From Podarcis melisellensis (Eukaryota), in assembly GCA_964234715.1 (NCBI GenBank), contig OZ174285.1: a stretch of DNA of 64,000 nucleotides. One strand, 5' to 3'. The notes under the pieces are model-generated. The model was not told the origin of the DNA. It ran no database searches and was given only the letters and a program-made list of their open reading frames with translations. A program made the translations under genes and the position numbers. Below, piece after piece: positions 40,501-53,759 of the stretch (its first letter is position 1; every line of letters starts with the position of its first letter).

Positions 40501-43500
40501 CCTGAGTAGCCATGGGGGTGGGTCGGGGTCAGACATAATCACCAAAACCCCCTCCTGATGGGCATGTTGGTCAATATCACACATGTCAAAGAGCCAGACA
40601 GAAGCCCATCAGACTCACAATAAATGTACAGAACCTATCTCAGGATGGGAATTCACGAGGTGCATCAAGAATAGATGATGTCAACTGATTCAAGATAAAG
40701 GAAACGGCAAATACTTTCTTTAAAGATGAAAGACGGGTGTATAATCACTGCCTTGAGTGACAAGGGGCATGCATAGGACTCAGATTTCTACCTGTCATTG
40801 ACATGTTTCTGACATTTTTATGATGCTTCTTGAAATGCATTGTGGGAAATTGTGGTTGCTTTTAAAAAGTTGTTGTAACCTTTGTTCTGGCTTCTTCTTC
40901 TTTGCTTGCTTAGGAGTTGAAACATTGTTGTGACAATTAACAATCAGGCTTAATAGCTGCTCTTTTGCTCTTTAACTTGGCTGCGGTCTCTTCTTGAATC
41001 TGACAGTTTTTGGACCCACAGAACCAGATCCTAACAAAGTTGGGAAACCCTTTAAGTAGGGTACTTCAATTTTTGTATTCTCCTTAACAGTTGTAAAAGA
41101 AATAAGCTATGCGTAAGAAAACCCTTGTGTAAAGGTATAGCAACCCCCTGTTTCTTAGCAATGTTTATTTACAACAAATAAGGAAGAAAATAAACAAAAC
41201 AGTTTTTTTAATTCATGGATTCAGTTGAGGAGAGGTTAAGAATTATCTCCTTATCCTTGAAAATCTGTGAGAGAGCATTTATTCTGATCTTCTTGTAACT
41301 TGGCAGATTGTGGTTTGTTTCCCCACCAAAATCTTCATCCAGAAAAGCCTCAAAGAAAATGTCCAAAAATCTCATTAAAGTTACAGCTGGGCCTGTGGCA
41401 TATTTAAATCTGTCAGTGCAAAAACTCTGGGCATCTTTGCTTCAATAGTTCTTATTTCAGTTTTAAATCTTTTCAATACTAAATTCCTCCTTCAGAAAAG
41501 ACAGGTTTTTCTTATATACTGTGTACAGCAAGTACATCATATTGTAAAGTTCTGCTTTTGCCCTCTTGTGGGAAGGAAGAGGTCTACAGTGACAAAATTA
41601 TCAACACAAAAGAGACATCTGCATTGCAAAAACTTGCATAGAGTTCCACACTATTTACATGTCGCTTCATATGCTTTTTGTAAACAGGAAAATGCAGGCA
41701 ACTTAAAAAGAAAAAAGCATCAAATCTCACTATTACATACAGATGCTGTCCTCATTTCACATTTGTTAACAAGTTTGTTCATAGGGCTCAACAACTGAGG
41801 TTGCTTTTTTAGGTGCAGGAAAGCAGATTTCTTTATTTTGGTATTCAGTATATGTGCATCCCAAAAAGTTATTAAGAGAACATAGCAACATCTTTAAGAG
41901 ATGGAATCCATTTGAGCTGCAAGAATTGTTCTGTGTACAAAGGTTGCAAAAGTATATTTATCTTGGTCACCTTTGCAAGAAGTTAGAAGGGCATATGCAC
42001 TGTAACTGAGTATCTGGCATATTCAGCAAAATATCTGCCATTCCAGAGAACTGAATCAGGTACTTATGCAACAGCACTTGTGAAGGGTGCAGAGAGACAG
42101 AAGGGCTGAGATAAATTCTAAAATCAGAATAGGGAAGGAGATAAGACATTCAAGATGTGGCTCTATCAAAAAAGGTAGAGGCAAGGTACAGGGATTCTGT
42201 AGGTTTTATAAAGAGTATTATCTTAAGATATTACCCACCACTGATTCAGCTTCCTTATCCTATCTAATATTTTAGTTAACATAGAAATGTGAGGCTTCAT
42301 AAATGTATGTTGGTCAGGAAGTAGTTATTCCTTAGAAAAGACAAACATTGACTTATACAGTGACTGACAACAGCAATAACAACAACAAACTCACTTTGTA
42401 TGAAATGTGTTCATGCAAACCATCTCCTAAATGCATTTAATGGTCTAAAAAGTTTTAATCATTACTTAAGAAAAAATTACATCTGCAGCAGTTGTCAGAC
42501 TTTGTCAAAGTGGGATAGTTTCAGCAGCTGGACATACCACACTTCAAAACAATACATGGGTAAGATTTTTGTTATTAGAACTTCTAAAACTAATTTGGAC
42601 TGTGTTGTGTAAAACAACACCAGTAATAAATTTTAGATGAGGAAGAGTGATTTGCAGAATATCGAAACACAAGGAACTCCAAGGACTACCTTGTATTAAA
42701 TATTAATTTTGTTACCCAGCTACATGAAGAAAATTGAAGAAAATTCTGAATCCTGTTACTATTCAAATATTGAAGATATATGTGGCTCATAATTAATTGG
42801 ACAGTTTTCTTTTTAACTAAAGTGTGAAAAATAGGGGGGAAGCCAATTAAATGCTTCTTGCCACCTGTGGCAAACTTTATTAATTCGGAATTTAAATAAA
42901 TACACTTCATGAAATTAATATACAGATATCAGTGAAAAACCAGTTTAGATGAAAAGAGCATTAACAGCTAAGGCCGAGATTTTCTGTCACATTGTATAAT
43001 TAATTCATATTAATGGGAAAGTTTGCCTTGAAGATACGTTCTGCTCTTATTTAGCTGGTCCCAGTTCTTATCTTAAATTTAACACTCTGAAATAATTTCC
43101 CATGACTGCAGTGACTCAGAGAGCAGCGGGAGGGGAGACGCACAAGCTTATTGCTATGAATAGTGTTTTGGCTTCTTTATGAGAGTGTTTTAAACAAGTT
43201 TTCTAAAGCTCGTTTTTTAAAAAGAGAGATAAAGCTATTAATTCTGCTGTTTGCCTACTTATTTCAGTTGCACATTGCCACTATGATAGTAACGTGCATT
43301 CTTCCACATGAGATAGCCTAGTTTATGTGACTGACCAGTAACTGCTGCTGTTCTCACCTAACAGAAAGGTTGCATTAAATTGCTGCCGCATCTGAAACTG
43401 TCTTGTTATGTGTAAACAGCACATGCCTCTGCAGGCAAATTTATCAACTGACAAATATGAGAAATTTATCAAGTAACAAATAGCTTCTTTGCTAAGGCTG

Positions 43501-45592
43501 CATTAGGATGGGAGTAAATTCCATTGACCTCAACTGGACTTACTTCCGTGTAAGCATGCAGAAGATTGCACTATAAAGAATCAGAGTAAATCCATGCAAA
43601 GAAATCATTTAATTAGTCCACTAAACCAGTTCCTAGCTCATGCTATTTGCGGAGACATGCACCATACTTCATCATTGGTTGAATAATATTACCCCAGTGG
43701 CAAAATCATTTTTACGAAGAGGAAACCATTGCAAAATTACAGTCCCTTTCCAGCCATCAAAGGCAGAACTGGTATCTTAAAAGAAAAGAAAAAAATAGAA
43801 ACCACATTTAGCAGGTCAACATCTAGAAATTTCAGAACAGTTTTAAAGGAAACAGTTTTAATGGACAAAGACATAATGGTTTGCGGGTATGGGCTTGTTT
43901 GGGTATGAAAATTAGCTCTCATTTAATAGTTTTAGCATGCTTTTTCTGAAGAGTTAATGTTGGTGTTGTAAGGACAGAGGGTACCTTTGTGGTCTTCCTA
44001 CTCTCCGTCTTCTTTTGGATACTTTTTCAAAACACATTTTGAACAAGATATGATGTTACTTTAAATGAGGGGCTATTCATATTCTGTATGCTTATTAAAT
44101 TACTGGAGATATTTGCTACACTGAATTCGGAGCTTCTTCTACGTATTTTTTTCCTACAGAAACAAGCTTATATAAATGCATTGTTTATTCCTGGCCAAAG
44201 GGCCCATGAGACCTTAGTTATGCTACTGATTATTATTATGTGCTGTTTATGCAAATTCATCTCTTTCTCCTTATCACAGTGGCCGGTTCCGCAGAAGGGT
44301 TTTGGATTTGGATTAAGTCTTTTATCTGAAATGCTGCCACAAGAGTTAATACACCAGAGGCTAAAGTGGCTTGAAGCTCAGGTGGGGGGGGGGAATGTTG
44401 TATATTTTCCTCTTATATCCACTTTTCAGATCATATATGATTCCCCAGTGTCTCTAATGTCAGTTTCAAGCTTAGAAAAAAGCAGGAGGAAATGGCTGTG
44501 ACTACTCTCACGTACACTTGGTTTATCCCAGAGGCTATGAACTCGATCACAGAAGTGCCTTCTCCAGTCTTCTATAAATTAGGAAGGGGAATTTACCCTG
44601 ACTTCAGAGACCCTTGTTTGCACACCTGCCCTGGTAGTCAGGAATTGCAAAGGTTGCAGCATATTCTCCTTCCTAAAAAGAGAAATCATTTTATTATGAA
44701 GTTACCTACTATTATCCCCTAATAGACACCATCCTTAACATTGCTGAATGTTTTTAGTGTTAAAGGTGAAGTTATGGGTTTATTTTAAATTTTTAATTAA
44801 AAAATAGGGAAATGCAGCAAAACTACTCAATCTCTAGAAAGGAATTGCTTAAGCAAATTCATAAACAGCCATGATTGCAAAATAATCACACTAGAGGGGT
44901 TAATGAAAGGCTAAGATATATTAGATGCATTTAGTCATATTTTAGTTACATTATTATTTCAAGACATCTGGACTTATTTTAATGCTTTAAGAATACATCA
45001 GGATTAGGAAAACTGGATACTAGATAGCGGATTTAACAGAGCTGCAATCCTTACCTAGAAGTAAGCTGCATTGAACTCTTTGGGGCCTACTTTGTAAGAT
45101 TGCACTATGAGCAATAAATTCTAACGCTAACTTACAATTTAATGGTGTGAACTATCTCATTTTCCCCACATTTACTCAACAGCTTGCCAAACTAGAATAT
45201 CATCCTATTTACAGAGTAACAATAAGAAGCAGGTGATTAGGTAAAGATCAGCCTTGAACCAAAGGCAGAGAATTTCACACTGTCCCAAACAGAAGCAAGT
45301 CACAGTGCAGGGTATATCTCCACGGCTTCTGTTAAATGATGTTACTGACTACAGGAGTGCAATCAGAAGATTTGGTACATGTCATTTGGCACATGTCTTG
45401 ATTTGGTACCTGTCTTGGCCTCAGTCTAACTGACTAAGACATTAGGCAAGTACATTTAAGTTCCATTCAGTTTCTACCAATGTTTGGGAGCTGTCCTGGG
45501 TCCTGCAGTTCATACTTACAACTCTGTTACCAGCAACCAGCTACAGCACCTCATACTTGCAATGGCTGCCAGCCAACTCCGTTATTCCCAAT

Positions 45593-45906
45593 CAGTGCCC
45601 ACAGGTCATTGCCTGGCACTCCCACTTCAGGGTAGACCATGTTATTTCAAGTACTGAGTATATACTGGAAAACACTTATAATACATTTTACTAAGCCATG
45701 CAAGCTAGGATTTCCTTACCTAAATGATTATATTTGCAGGTTTTGCTCCAGGATAATGTATTAGTTGGTACAAATGAGCAGCAATCATATTTTGGCATCC
45801 TGTTCATACTGGGCACTGGTCTACCCTGAAGTGAGAGTGCCAGGCAATGACCTGTGGGCACTATTATAAGTGTTTTCCAGTATATACTCAGTACTTGAAA
45901 TAACAT
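45593..45906. repeat. Permuted inverted duplication (A-B ... A'-B')
   Basis: 45594-45638 is the reverse complement of 45818-45862 (1 mismatch); 45639-45683 is the reverse complement of 45862-45906 (exact). Confidence 0.92.
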
Positions 45907-48900
45907 TACTGTTCTGTTAAAGACACATTCACACCAAACATTTAAAGCACTGTTATACCACTTTAACAGTCATGCCCCCCCAAAAAAAACCCTAATCATT
46001 GGAGCTTCAGTTTGTTACACATGCTGAGAGTTATCAGGAGGTTCCTATTCCCTTTTCAGAGTTACAATTTTCAGAGTGGTTTACGAACCAATCCCTCTCC
46101 AAAGGGAACTCTAAGGCTCATGTGTACATGTAGCAATTTTACCGGATTTAAATATCACATCACAATTACCTGATTTTCTTGGTTGCTAACCACTGTTTTC
46201 TCTATTCTTCAAACCAATGGGGCATGGTTGGGTGGCACCTTGGAGATCTCTGTGAGAGCAAAGTGCTACAACAAAAAGTGGAGGCTGGCTGAGGTCATAT
46301 AAGTCCTCCTGCCCCAATCACAACATACATTACATTATATGACATCCATACGATAAAGCACATTGCTTTCCTTCAAATAATCATAGGAAACTGTAGTTTG
46401 TTAGGTGTACTTAATAAACTAATTGTAGCTCTGTGAGTTCCCAGGATTCTTTGGGTAAAGTCAAGTGCTTTAAATATGCTATAAACTGTATGGAGTGAGT
46501 GTGGCTTTTTAAAGGAGTATCCTCTGGCCTGGAGGTGACTGCCTCTATACCCTTTGTCTCTGAGAAATTGTTGTACAGTAGATCAGAGTTTCCTAAAAAA
46601 ATTATGTGTTACTCATTGTGAAGCCCTGAATGAATGCAAAGCTCTTTTTTCCACTCTGAAACCTTTTTTTAATGTCATGTGCATAATCTGAGTTGCATAA
46701 TCTATCTAAAAATGAATATAAACAGCAGGGAGATGAATATGAGGGGAGGAGAATAAAATGTAGTACATCATCATTCCTTGCACAGCTCTGTTGTTTCAGG
46801 AAATATCTGCTGAGGGAATCTCACAGCGGTTTCACCTCCCAGATTCAGGCACATCGCATGGTTTCTCCATCGCTACATGCAGGCTGCTGAATGAGGCTTC
46901 TTGAAACAGTAGTAAAACCAATGAAACATTTCCAATGAATTACTACCACAAACACAGCAGGGAATGCTCTGTTCCACTGATTGAAAGAAGGGAAGAAACA
47001 AAAACAAAATTACAGAGCTGGTTTTTCAAAATCGCTCTTATTCATGCAGCAAGCATCCATTTGATTTCAGCGTATGTCTAGTGCTACCTGTCAAGATAAA
47101 AGCTTGCTGAGAAATGTCAGAAAGTTATTAAAGAGACTCTTCCCCAAAACAAGTTGATTAGAGAACTACCCATTTATGAAAAATCCTCAAGGGTAAGAAA
47201 GGAAAATGTAATTTGAGAAAATTGTTGAGAAATATGACCATTTTCTATATGTAAGAAAAATGCTGTCTTGATATATATTTCTATTATTGCTTACTAGAAT
47301 AAGATATGAGAGACAGAACAGCTTACAAAGGTTTGCTAAAAACATTTCCAATTAAATGGTTCATTTTTAATTGTGTTTTTTTTAAAAAAAAAAATGAACA
47401 ACTTTACCAGCAAATAAAGCATGCTCAGAAAATTAGGCCTCAGGGCAAATGACGTCAGGTGGGATTTTCAGATTTGCAAACTTGCATGTTTGTACCAAGA
47501 TGCACTCACATCATTTAATGTGTAGACTGTGCCAATTACCGTACATAATTCCGTTGACTAGAAACTATGTGTAAACCTTGAAGCTGGCTCAAGACTTTTT
47601 GCTACCCCAAGCACCACCTGGAAAATCCATCCTAAGATCCCTTGCAGCTTGCAAATGACAGAGAGCAATTCCCAAATTATGGATGATCCGAATGGGCATG
47701 ATCCGATTAGTGTAGTCTACTCCTGAGTTTTACATATCACATTGTGTAACTATGTAAGCAGGAATCCAAATAGTGCCATCCTGGCCAACTGCTTGGGATT
47801 CTTGTACAGTTGTGCTCATCCTGACAAGTCCCACTGAGACGTGTAAGAAAAGTACAATGTGAATTGCCAACAGACAATGTCATTTATTTCCATGAGCTAA
47901 AGTGTGCTTCACTCTGATATGGATTGTGGCCCAAATCTTCAAGTTAAATTGCACAAATGTACAAAGCTAAAGATAAAAACTCCCCTGTTGTTTTGGACCC
48001 CAGCAGAGAGATACATAATGCAAGAATTTGGGTCAACAGCTGTGACAAACTGTGAACAAACAGCTCACCTTTTTTAAAAAAAACTGCAACACTCTAGAAA
48101 GCATATGGTCTTGCTTTAACTAAATGGAAAATAATGAGAAAAGCAATACCTCCATCACAGACAATGGATCCCTCTTTTATAACCGCAAGACAAATTTTTG
48201 TATTAATTGTAGTTTGGCTCCAAGGCAGGAAGACAGCCTACGGCTACAACACACAATTTTCCCTGATGGAAAGTTGGTGGGAGGATCCAGACTTAGTTCC
48301 CCAGTGTTTAGACTGAGAAAAATTAGAAAGCTTTTTCAACTTACTGAACAAAGCATATGGTAATAAGACAGGCAGGGGTAAACAGCAAACCATTTCAACT
48401 CAGTATATCCAATAAATTACACCCCAAAAAATCTTATGTAAGAAATACTTGGCAAAAGAATAAGGCTGTGTCACATTGTCATATGACAGAGCCAGTCATA
48501 TGTTCAGTGTAAAATATTTAATGCATGCAAAAGAATACATAAATATAAGCATTCTACTTATTTTTGTTCTTGCTACTGATACTGGGCCGCAAGCTGGAAA
48601 ACCACATTAAATTCTATACCTTTTGTAGAGGTTGGTAGCATCTGGAAAAACAGTTTGGCAGTGTACCAGGGGAAATGGCTATTTAAAAAAATAATCACTG
48701 GTATATGTACATAGATTTAGCATACTTAAAGTAGCTATCTGGCTTGTGGTAGCAAGAAGGAGTAAAAAAAAAACCACCCACATTTATTCACGAGTGGTCT
48801 GCTGAGCAAGTGGAAATAGCTGTAAAGCCTAGAGTCTAAAAATGTATCTTTTCAGCATGAAAAATTATTATTATTATTAATTTCATTTCTATACCACTCT

Positions 48901-49869
48901 AATTTTTTGTAAGAAAAAAAATCTCAAAGTGGTTTACAGCACATTAAAACATCAAATAGAACAACCCAGAATGAAGAAAGTAAACTATAAAGTATACAAC
49001 CAAAGCAACCTACTAATGGCAATGGTGTCACAGAGAAAAGCCAATAGATGCCCATTCATACAATTGGATTCCATATGCTCATCCTAACTGCTTTATAATT
49101 ATTAGCTGACTGGGTGAAATGTATCTTTTGCAGTAATTGCACATTGACATCTGAGTGCTGTGAACATGTGACATCCAAACAACAGATGCTTGGGTTTGCA
49201 TGACTATCTATCACCAAATGTGCTGCCTAGCCCTCAGCGCAGCAGCCCTTTATAATACTGTAGCAGTGGACCAGAGTGAAGCCTTGCTCCCTCTAGTCCA
49301 TCACTGAAACCCTGCTTTCCCAAAAGGCCACTATTGGTCCATTTGATTTACACTTTTGGTTGGTCAATCCAGTTCTCCCCTGCGGCTGGCTGAGGCTGGA
49401 GGCAACAGGAGCTGGGCTGGGCTGGGCTGCAACCATCACCCACCCTTGGAATGAGTGAGCAATCTTTATAATTAAGCAACTAAAAAAATCAACCTTTCCA
49501 TAGTTCCACCCAACTGCAGGTGCTGCTTCACACTTTATACCAAGGAAATTATCCCTTTGCACATGTCATTTATGATGGGAACATATGTAAATAAATCATG
49601 CTTTTATCTGCCGAATGCATGCAAGGCGTCACCTTTAAAAAATGACATTTAACATGCCTTTTTTGTAACATCTGAAGCAGCCCCCCCCACAGCAAGGCAA
49701 CATCCAGCATATAGATTAGTGAGGTGTTATTCTTTGTTTCTTTTTCTAGCGTGTGGCATTGCTAAAGATATGTGTTTTTTCCTTTGACAAGGGAAGGCTA
49801 CAATAATTTCTAAATCATGTCTTCAGAAAGAAAAAAACCTTATGACTAGGTTCAGAGGCGGATTTTAGG

Positions 49870-49993
49870 TAAGGTTACCAGACGTCCCCATTTCCCAGGG
49901 ACAGTCCCTGGATTTACAAATCAGTCCCCGTACAAAATCCATTGAAGTTGAAAAGTGTCCCCGGATTCATTGAAAAAAAATCTGGTAACCTTA
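49870..49993. mobile_element. Small TIR element (probable hAT MITE)
   Basis: 13-bp TIR TAAGGTTACCAGA/TCTGGTAACCTTA; 8-bp TSD ATTT(T/A)AGG. Confidence 0.8.
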
Positions 49994-51576
49994 ATTTAAG
50001 GGAATGCAAGCAGATTGGTCAGCTATGATGTAGAATGGATGGCAAAAAGCCGGGAGTGCTGAATTTGGGAATCACAAAGGGTTGCTGTTGAAATTTGAGA
50101 CCCCAAGGACCACCAATGCTAGGTTCTTTTAAGCCAATATTACGCTTTTTGTGTTGTCACGTACTTACCTATGTGAATCTGTACATCACTATTTCCACGC
50201 TGCAATGTGCTTGAGGATATTGTCTATTTCATCTCACCCATCCCTAGACAGGAAAGAAGCCGATACAGCTAAGCTGTCCAATTTACTTAAGTCTATGGAA
50301 GCATCATGGGAGTGTCAGAACTAAAGAGTCCAGACCAAGTGATGGAAAAATTAAAAATACATCAAATCAAAAACTCAAGTGAAAGATCAAAGATATATCT
50401 TTTTGTTTTCATTTATATTCACAGAGGGGGTCCCAAGATACTTTCAAAATGTCAAGCCTTGTGCATGCTGTGATTTAATGAATATTTATTTCTTGCAAAC
50501 ATGGAAATGAAGCATACGTGTATACAAGCCCCGAGGCACAAACAAGTCCTCTGAGAAAGCTGTGGAGCTGACACACTAGGACTCCTCCATCCAAAGTGTA
50601 CATTTAATTCACTACCAACAGAAACTGGGGAAACTTAAGAATTCATCGGTGCTGATGCCAAGAGTGGTGTGCTATGAAAACACCCTCATTTTCTGTATGG
50701 GGTTGTTTAATTAAAAAACATAAGGAGAGACCTGCTAGATCCAGGCCAAGGACCCATTTAACCCAGTATCCTGTTCCCACTAGAAGCCTGAGTGCAGCAG
50801 CACATTCAGGCCACGGATCAAGGGCATAATTTATCTCTCTACTTGTTTGTACCTGTGGCAAAGATGAAGAGGACGAGCGAAATACAGGACAGCAGAAATT
50901 GCTTACTGACAGATAAAAACAGACTGGCAATGGATTATACACTAAGTAGATCCATTAAAAGCAAACTGACAATAGCAAAACTGAGTGAGCAGAAATAAAT
51001 GGGAAGAGGCATTTGAGATACCTGACTGGGTTCAGATCAGCTGCTGAAACTGAGCCGTGTCTCTTGTCAAATTCTAAACCTGAGCCAGATAACATGATAC
51101 CTCCTGGGACAGCATTGAACTATAGACACTGTAGAGAGGAGTGTGCTAAAGAGCACAGGGAAGCATATGGAATTTAAAGGCTGCAAGAAGAGCCCCCCCC
51201 CCCAGGAGCAATGCTGCTAGAAAGAACAACAAAGGAAAAAGGAATGCAAGGTATTAAAGGATTTGGTGACGGAAAGTGAGATGAGGCACTTATTGATGCC
51301 GGCTAACCACCAGCACTTCCATTAAGCAAGGAGGCTGAAGTAAGCAGATGATGTAATGCAGGAAAGAAAGTGGGGACTCATCATCCAGAGAGAACCTATG
51401 AAAAATAAGATTAAGTTTCTGGTCAGTTCAGAAACATATTGTATCTCTGCTGGCTATGCCTCTTCGACGGGAGGAGAAATAATAGCAGAGTTTGCACATA
51501 CACAAAATACTCTTACAGCAGTTTAAAAGCACAAAGGAAAATGCATACACAGAAAAGCAAACATGAAATATGTGTA

Positions 51577-51818
51577 CAGTGGTACCTCAGGTTAAGTACT
51601 TAATTCGTTCTGGAGGTCCGTACTTAACCTGAAACTGTTCTTAACCTGAAGCACCACTTTAGCTAATGGGGCCTCCTGCTGCCGCTGCGCCGCCGGAGCA
51701 CAATTTCTGTTCTTATCCTGAAGCAAAGTTCTTAACCTGAAGCACTATTTCTGGGTTAGTGGAGTCTGTAACCTGAAGCATATGTAACCTGAAGCGTATG
51801 TAACCCGAGGTACCACTG
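51577..51818. mobile_element. Tc1/mariner-type MITE, same family as 3722-3958 in the opposite orientation
   Basis: TA-CAGTGGTACCTC...GAGGTACCACTG-TA; repeated TAACCTGAAGC. Confidence 0.88.
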
Positions 51819-52509
51819 TATCTGTTATTTGCATTATAGTATCTGTTGTTAACAGGACCCATGGTTGCCATTTTAAAGATGACATATAAGATTTGGGATA
51901 GGTTTTCCCCCAGAAAGCATTCCTAAATTAAATTGTCTTATAGGAACTGCAGTAAGAAAGCAAATAGGATGCTGAATCAGTAATTTGTCCTATGGTTTAT
52001 ATATTAGTTATAATTATACCACTTCATATAATAAAAAAATTCTCTAAGTGGTTTACAGAAAAATACAAAAAAAATCAATAAAATATCCTAAAAGCAAGAT
52101 AAAAATGAGACAAAAATAAAACACGTGTATATAACAAATAAAATTTGAGTAGTGTACAAAACAAGAATTAAAAATTGAGGGTCAGAGTCCAGGAAAGCTT
52201 CAATAAACTGTGTTTAAAAATCATTACAATCTCCACTTATAAATTACCCAAGGGAGGGCATTTCAGAGGGTGAGTACTATCACTGAAAAAGCCTACTTCT
52301 GTGTTGTCACTAAGTGATAATCTTCTGGTTATGTAAAGCTGGATCTCCTCAGAAGACCTTAAAGATTGGTTTGGTCTGTACTGGAAGTATCCTGGGAATA
52401 TCTGGTCCCAAATTGTTTAGGGCTTCAAATGTTAATAAACAAAAACCTTGAACATGGCTTGATAGCTGACAGGCAGCCATAGCAGATCTTTCAGCATGAG
52501 TAACTTGAC

Positions 52510-52740
52510 ACAATCAGGAGTTGGAAGGGTCTTGTAGGCCATCTACTCTAAGATGCCTGTCCAGCCTCTGACTGAAGATCTTCAGCAAAAGGAGAACCTG
52601 GTTCCACTGTTGAACTGCTATTATTGTCAAGAAGTTTCTCCTGATCTTCAGCTGACGCCAACCTTTCTGTAACTTAAGCCTAGCTGATTTAGTCCTGCCC
52701 TGTGGGGCAGCACAGAAGTCTTTGCCCTTTTCTATCTGAT
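52510..52740 (-). mobile_element. Old CR1 3' fragment
   Basis: gagttggaaggg...ccagcctctg...ttccactgttgaactgct...aagtttctcctgat resembles the reverse complement of 23893-24155. Confidence 0.6.
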
Positions 52741-53218
52741 GGCCCCTTGGCTACTTGAAGAGGCCTGTCATGCAGCCCCTCTGACTACTAACAAGCACAT
52801 CCTCTTGCTCCCTGTGTTGGGACCCGGATCCGCCTTTTTGTTCCTACTCTGTAAAAAGTCGTGTAAAGAGCTACAGAGTGACTACAACCATAGAAGAACT
52901 GGTAATCTCCAGCATCCAGCCACACAGTGAAGCTAGTTTTATCCTGTCTCCATGATATGCAACCTTGAGTTTTACAGTAAAAATTCTGGCCTCCACTGGA
53001 GACAAGTGCAAGGCTGAGTGGGCATGAGGCATCAGACACAGAAAAGCAATTTTTACGTTTTTAACTGAAGCATTTAAAGATTATATACTGTTATTTGTTC
53101 GGGTCCCAAAATTGGTGGGTGAAAAGGCATCCATAACTCCTAGAGTTAGCAAATGTCAGAGATTATTGAATATTTGGAATTACGAAATGCTGGGAGTCTT
53201 CACCTGGGTGCCAGACGA

Positions 53219-53605
53219 TGTAACAGTGTAAGAATACAGGCAGAGCCTCTGGACTGAGGCATTGCCTGGGAGATAAGCCATTCAGAGGGACAAGGGAAGA
53301 GTTTTGGGGGAAGTTTCCAAGGTTACAGTGGGCAATGATGTAGGAAAAATTGTGGCTTGAAAAGCAGGGGAGAAGGAGGAGAGCTGAGGAGATAAGCTGA
53401 GGCAGAGACACAATGATGGCATTTGGGCTACCCTAGAATACAGTGCTGCACTCCTACAGGAAGCAAGCCCTTCTTGAGATGTGCCTGCTCTGAACTCTCT
53501 CCAGATTCAGGTGTATATATGGTGTCAATAAAACCATATATCTTAAAGACACTACAGTCTCCGCTGTGCACCATTTTCCCCCCCAAAGGAAACACAGATC
53601 CCAGG
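53219..53605 (+). mobile_element. LTR-like element, left member of a tail-to-tail pair (boundaries approximate)
   Basis: TGTAAC start, AATAAA at 53527-53532; 53440-53605 is homologous to the reverse complement of about 53815-53970. Confidence 0.6.
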
Positions 53606-53738
53606 TGTGTATCTGAAGAAGTGTGCATGCACACGAAAGCTCATACCAAGAACTGACTTAGTTGGTCTTTAAGGTGCTACTGGAAGGAATTTTGTTTTGT
53701 TTTGACTATGGCAGACCAACACGGCTACCTATCTGTAA
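53606..53738 (+). mobile_element. Penelope-like element terminal fragment flanked by a 12-bp direct repeat
   Basis: ACAGATCCCAGG at 53594-53605 and 53739-53750; hammerhead core followed by ttagttggtctttaaggtgctactgg and gcagaccaacacggctacc. Confidence 0.72.
53609..53646 (+). ncRNA. Minimal type-I hammerhead ribozyme motif
   Basis: GUAU [CUGAAGA] A GUGUG-CAUG-CACAC [GAAA] GC [UC] AUAC: both conserved core segments, a stem II hairpin, a palindromic AGCU mini stem III, an NUH site and a 4-bp stem I. Confidence 0.7.
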
Positions 53739-53759
53739 ACAGATCCCAGGGTTACAAGA

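Noticed and set aside
40470-41037. LTR-like segment ending ...gatcctaaca
   Set aside because: No 5' boundary, TSD or clear poly(A) signal could be defined.
50160-50200. Strong minus-strand donor (AG|GTAAGTAC) as a possible FRMD3 first exon
   Set aside because: The phase-0 reading ends in TAG and there is no resemblance to an FRMD3 N-terminus. A non-coding exon cannot be excluded but is unsupported.
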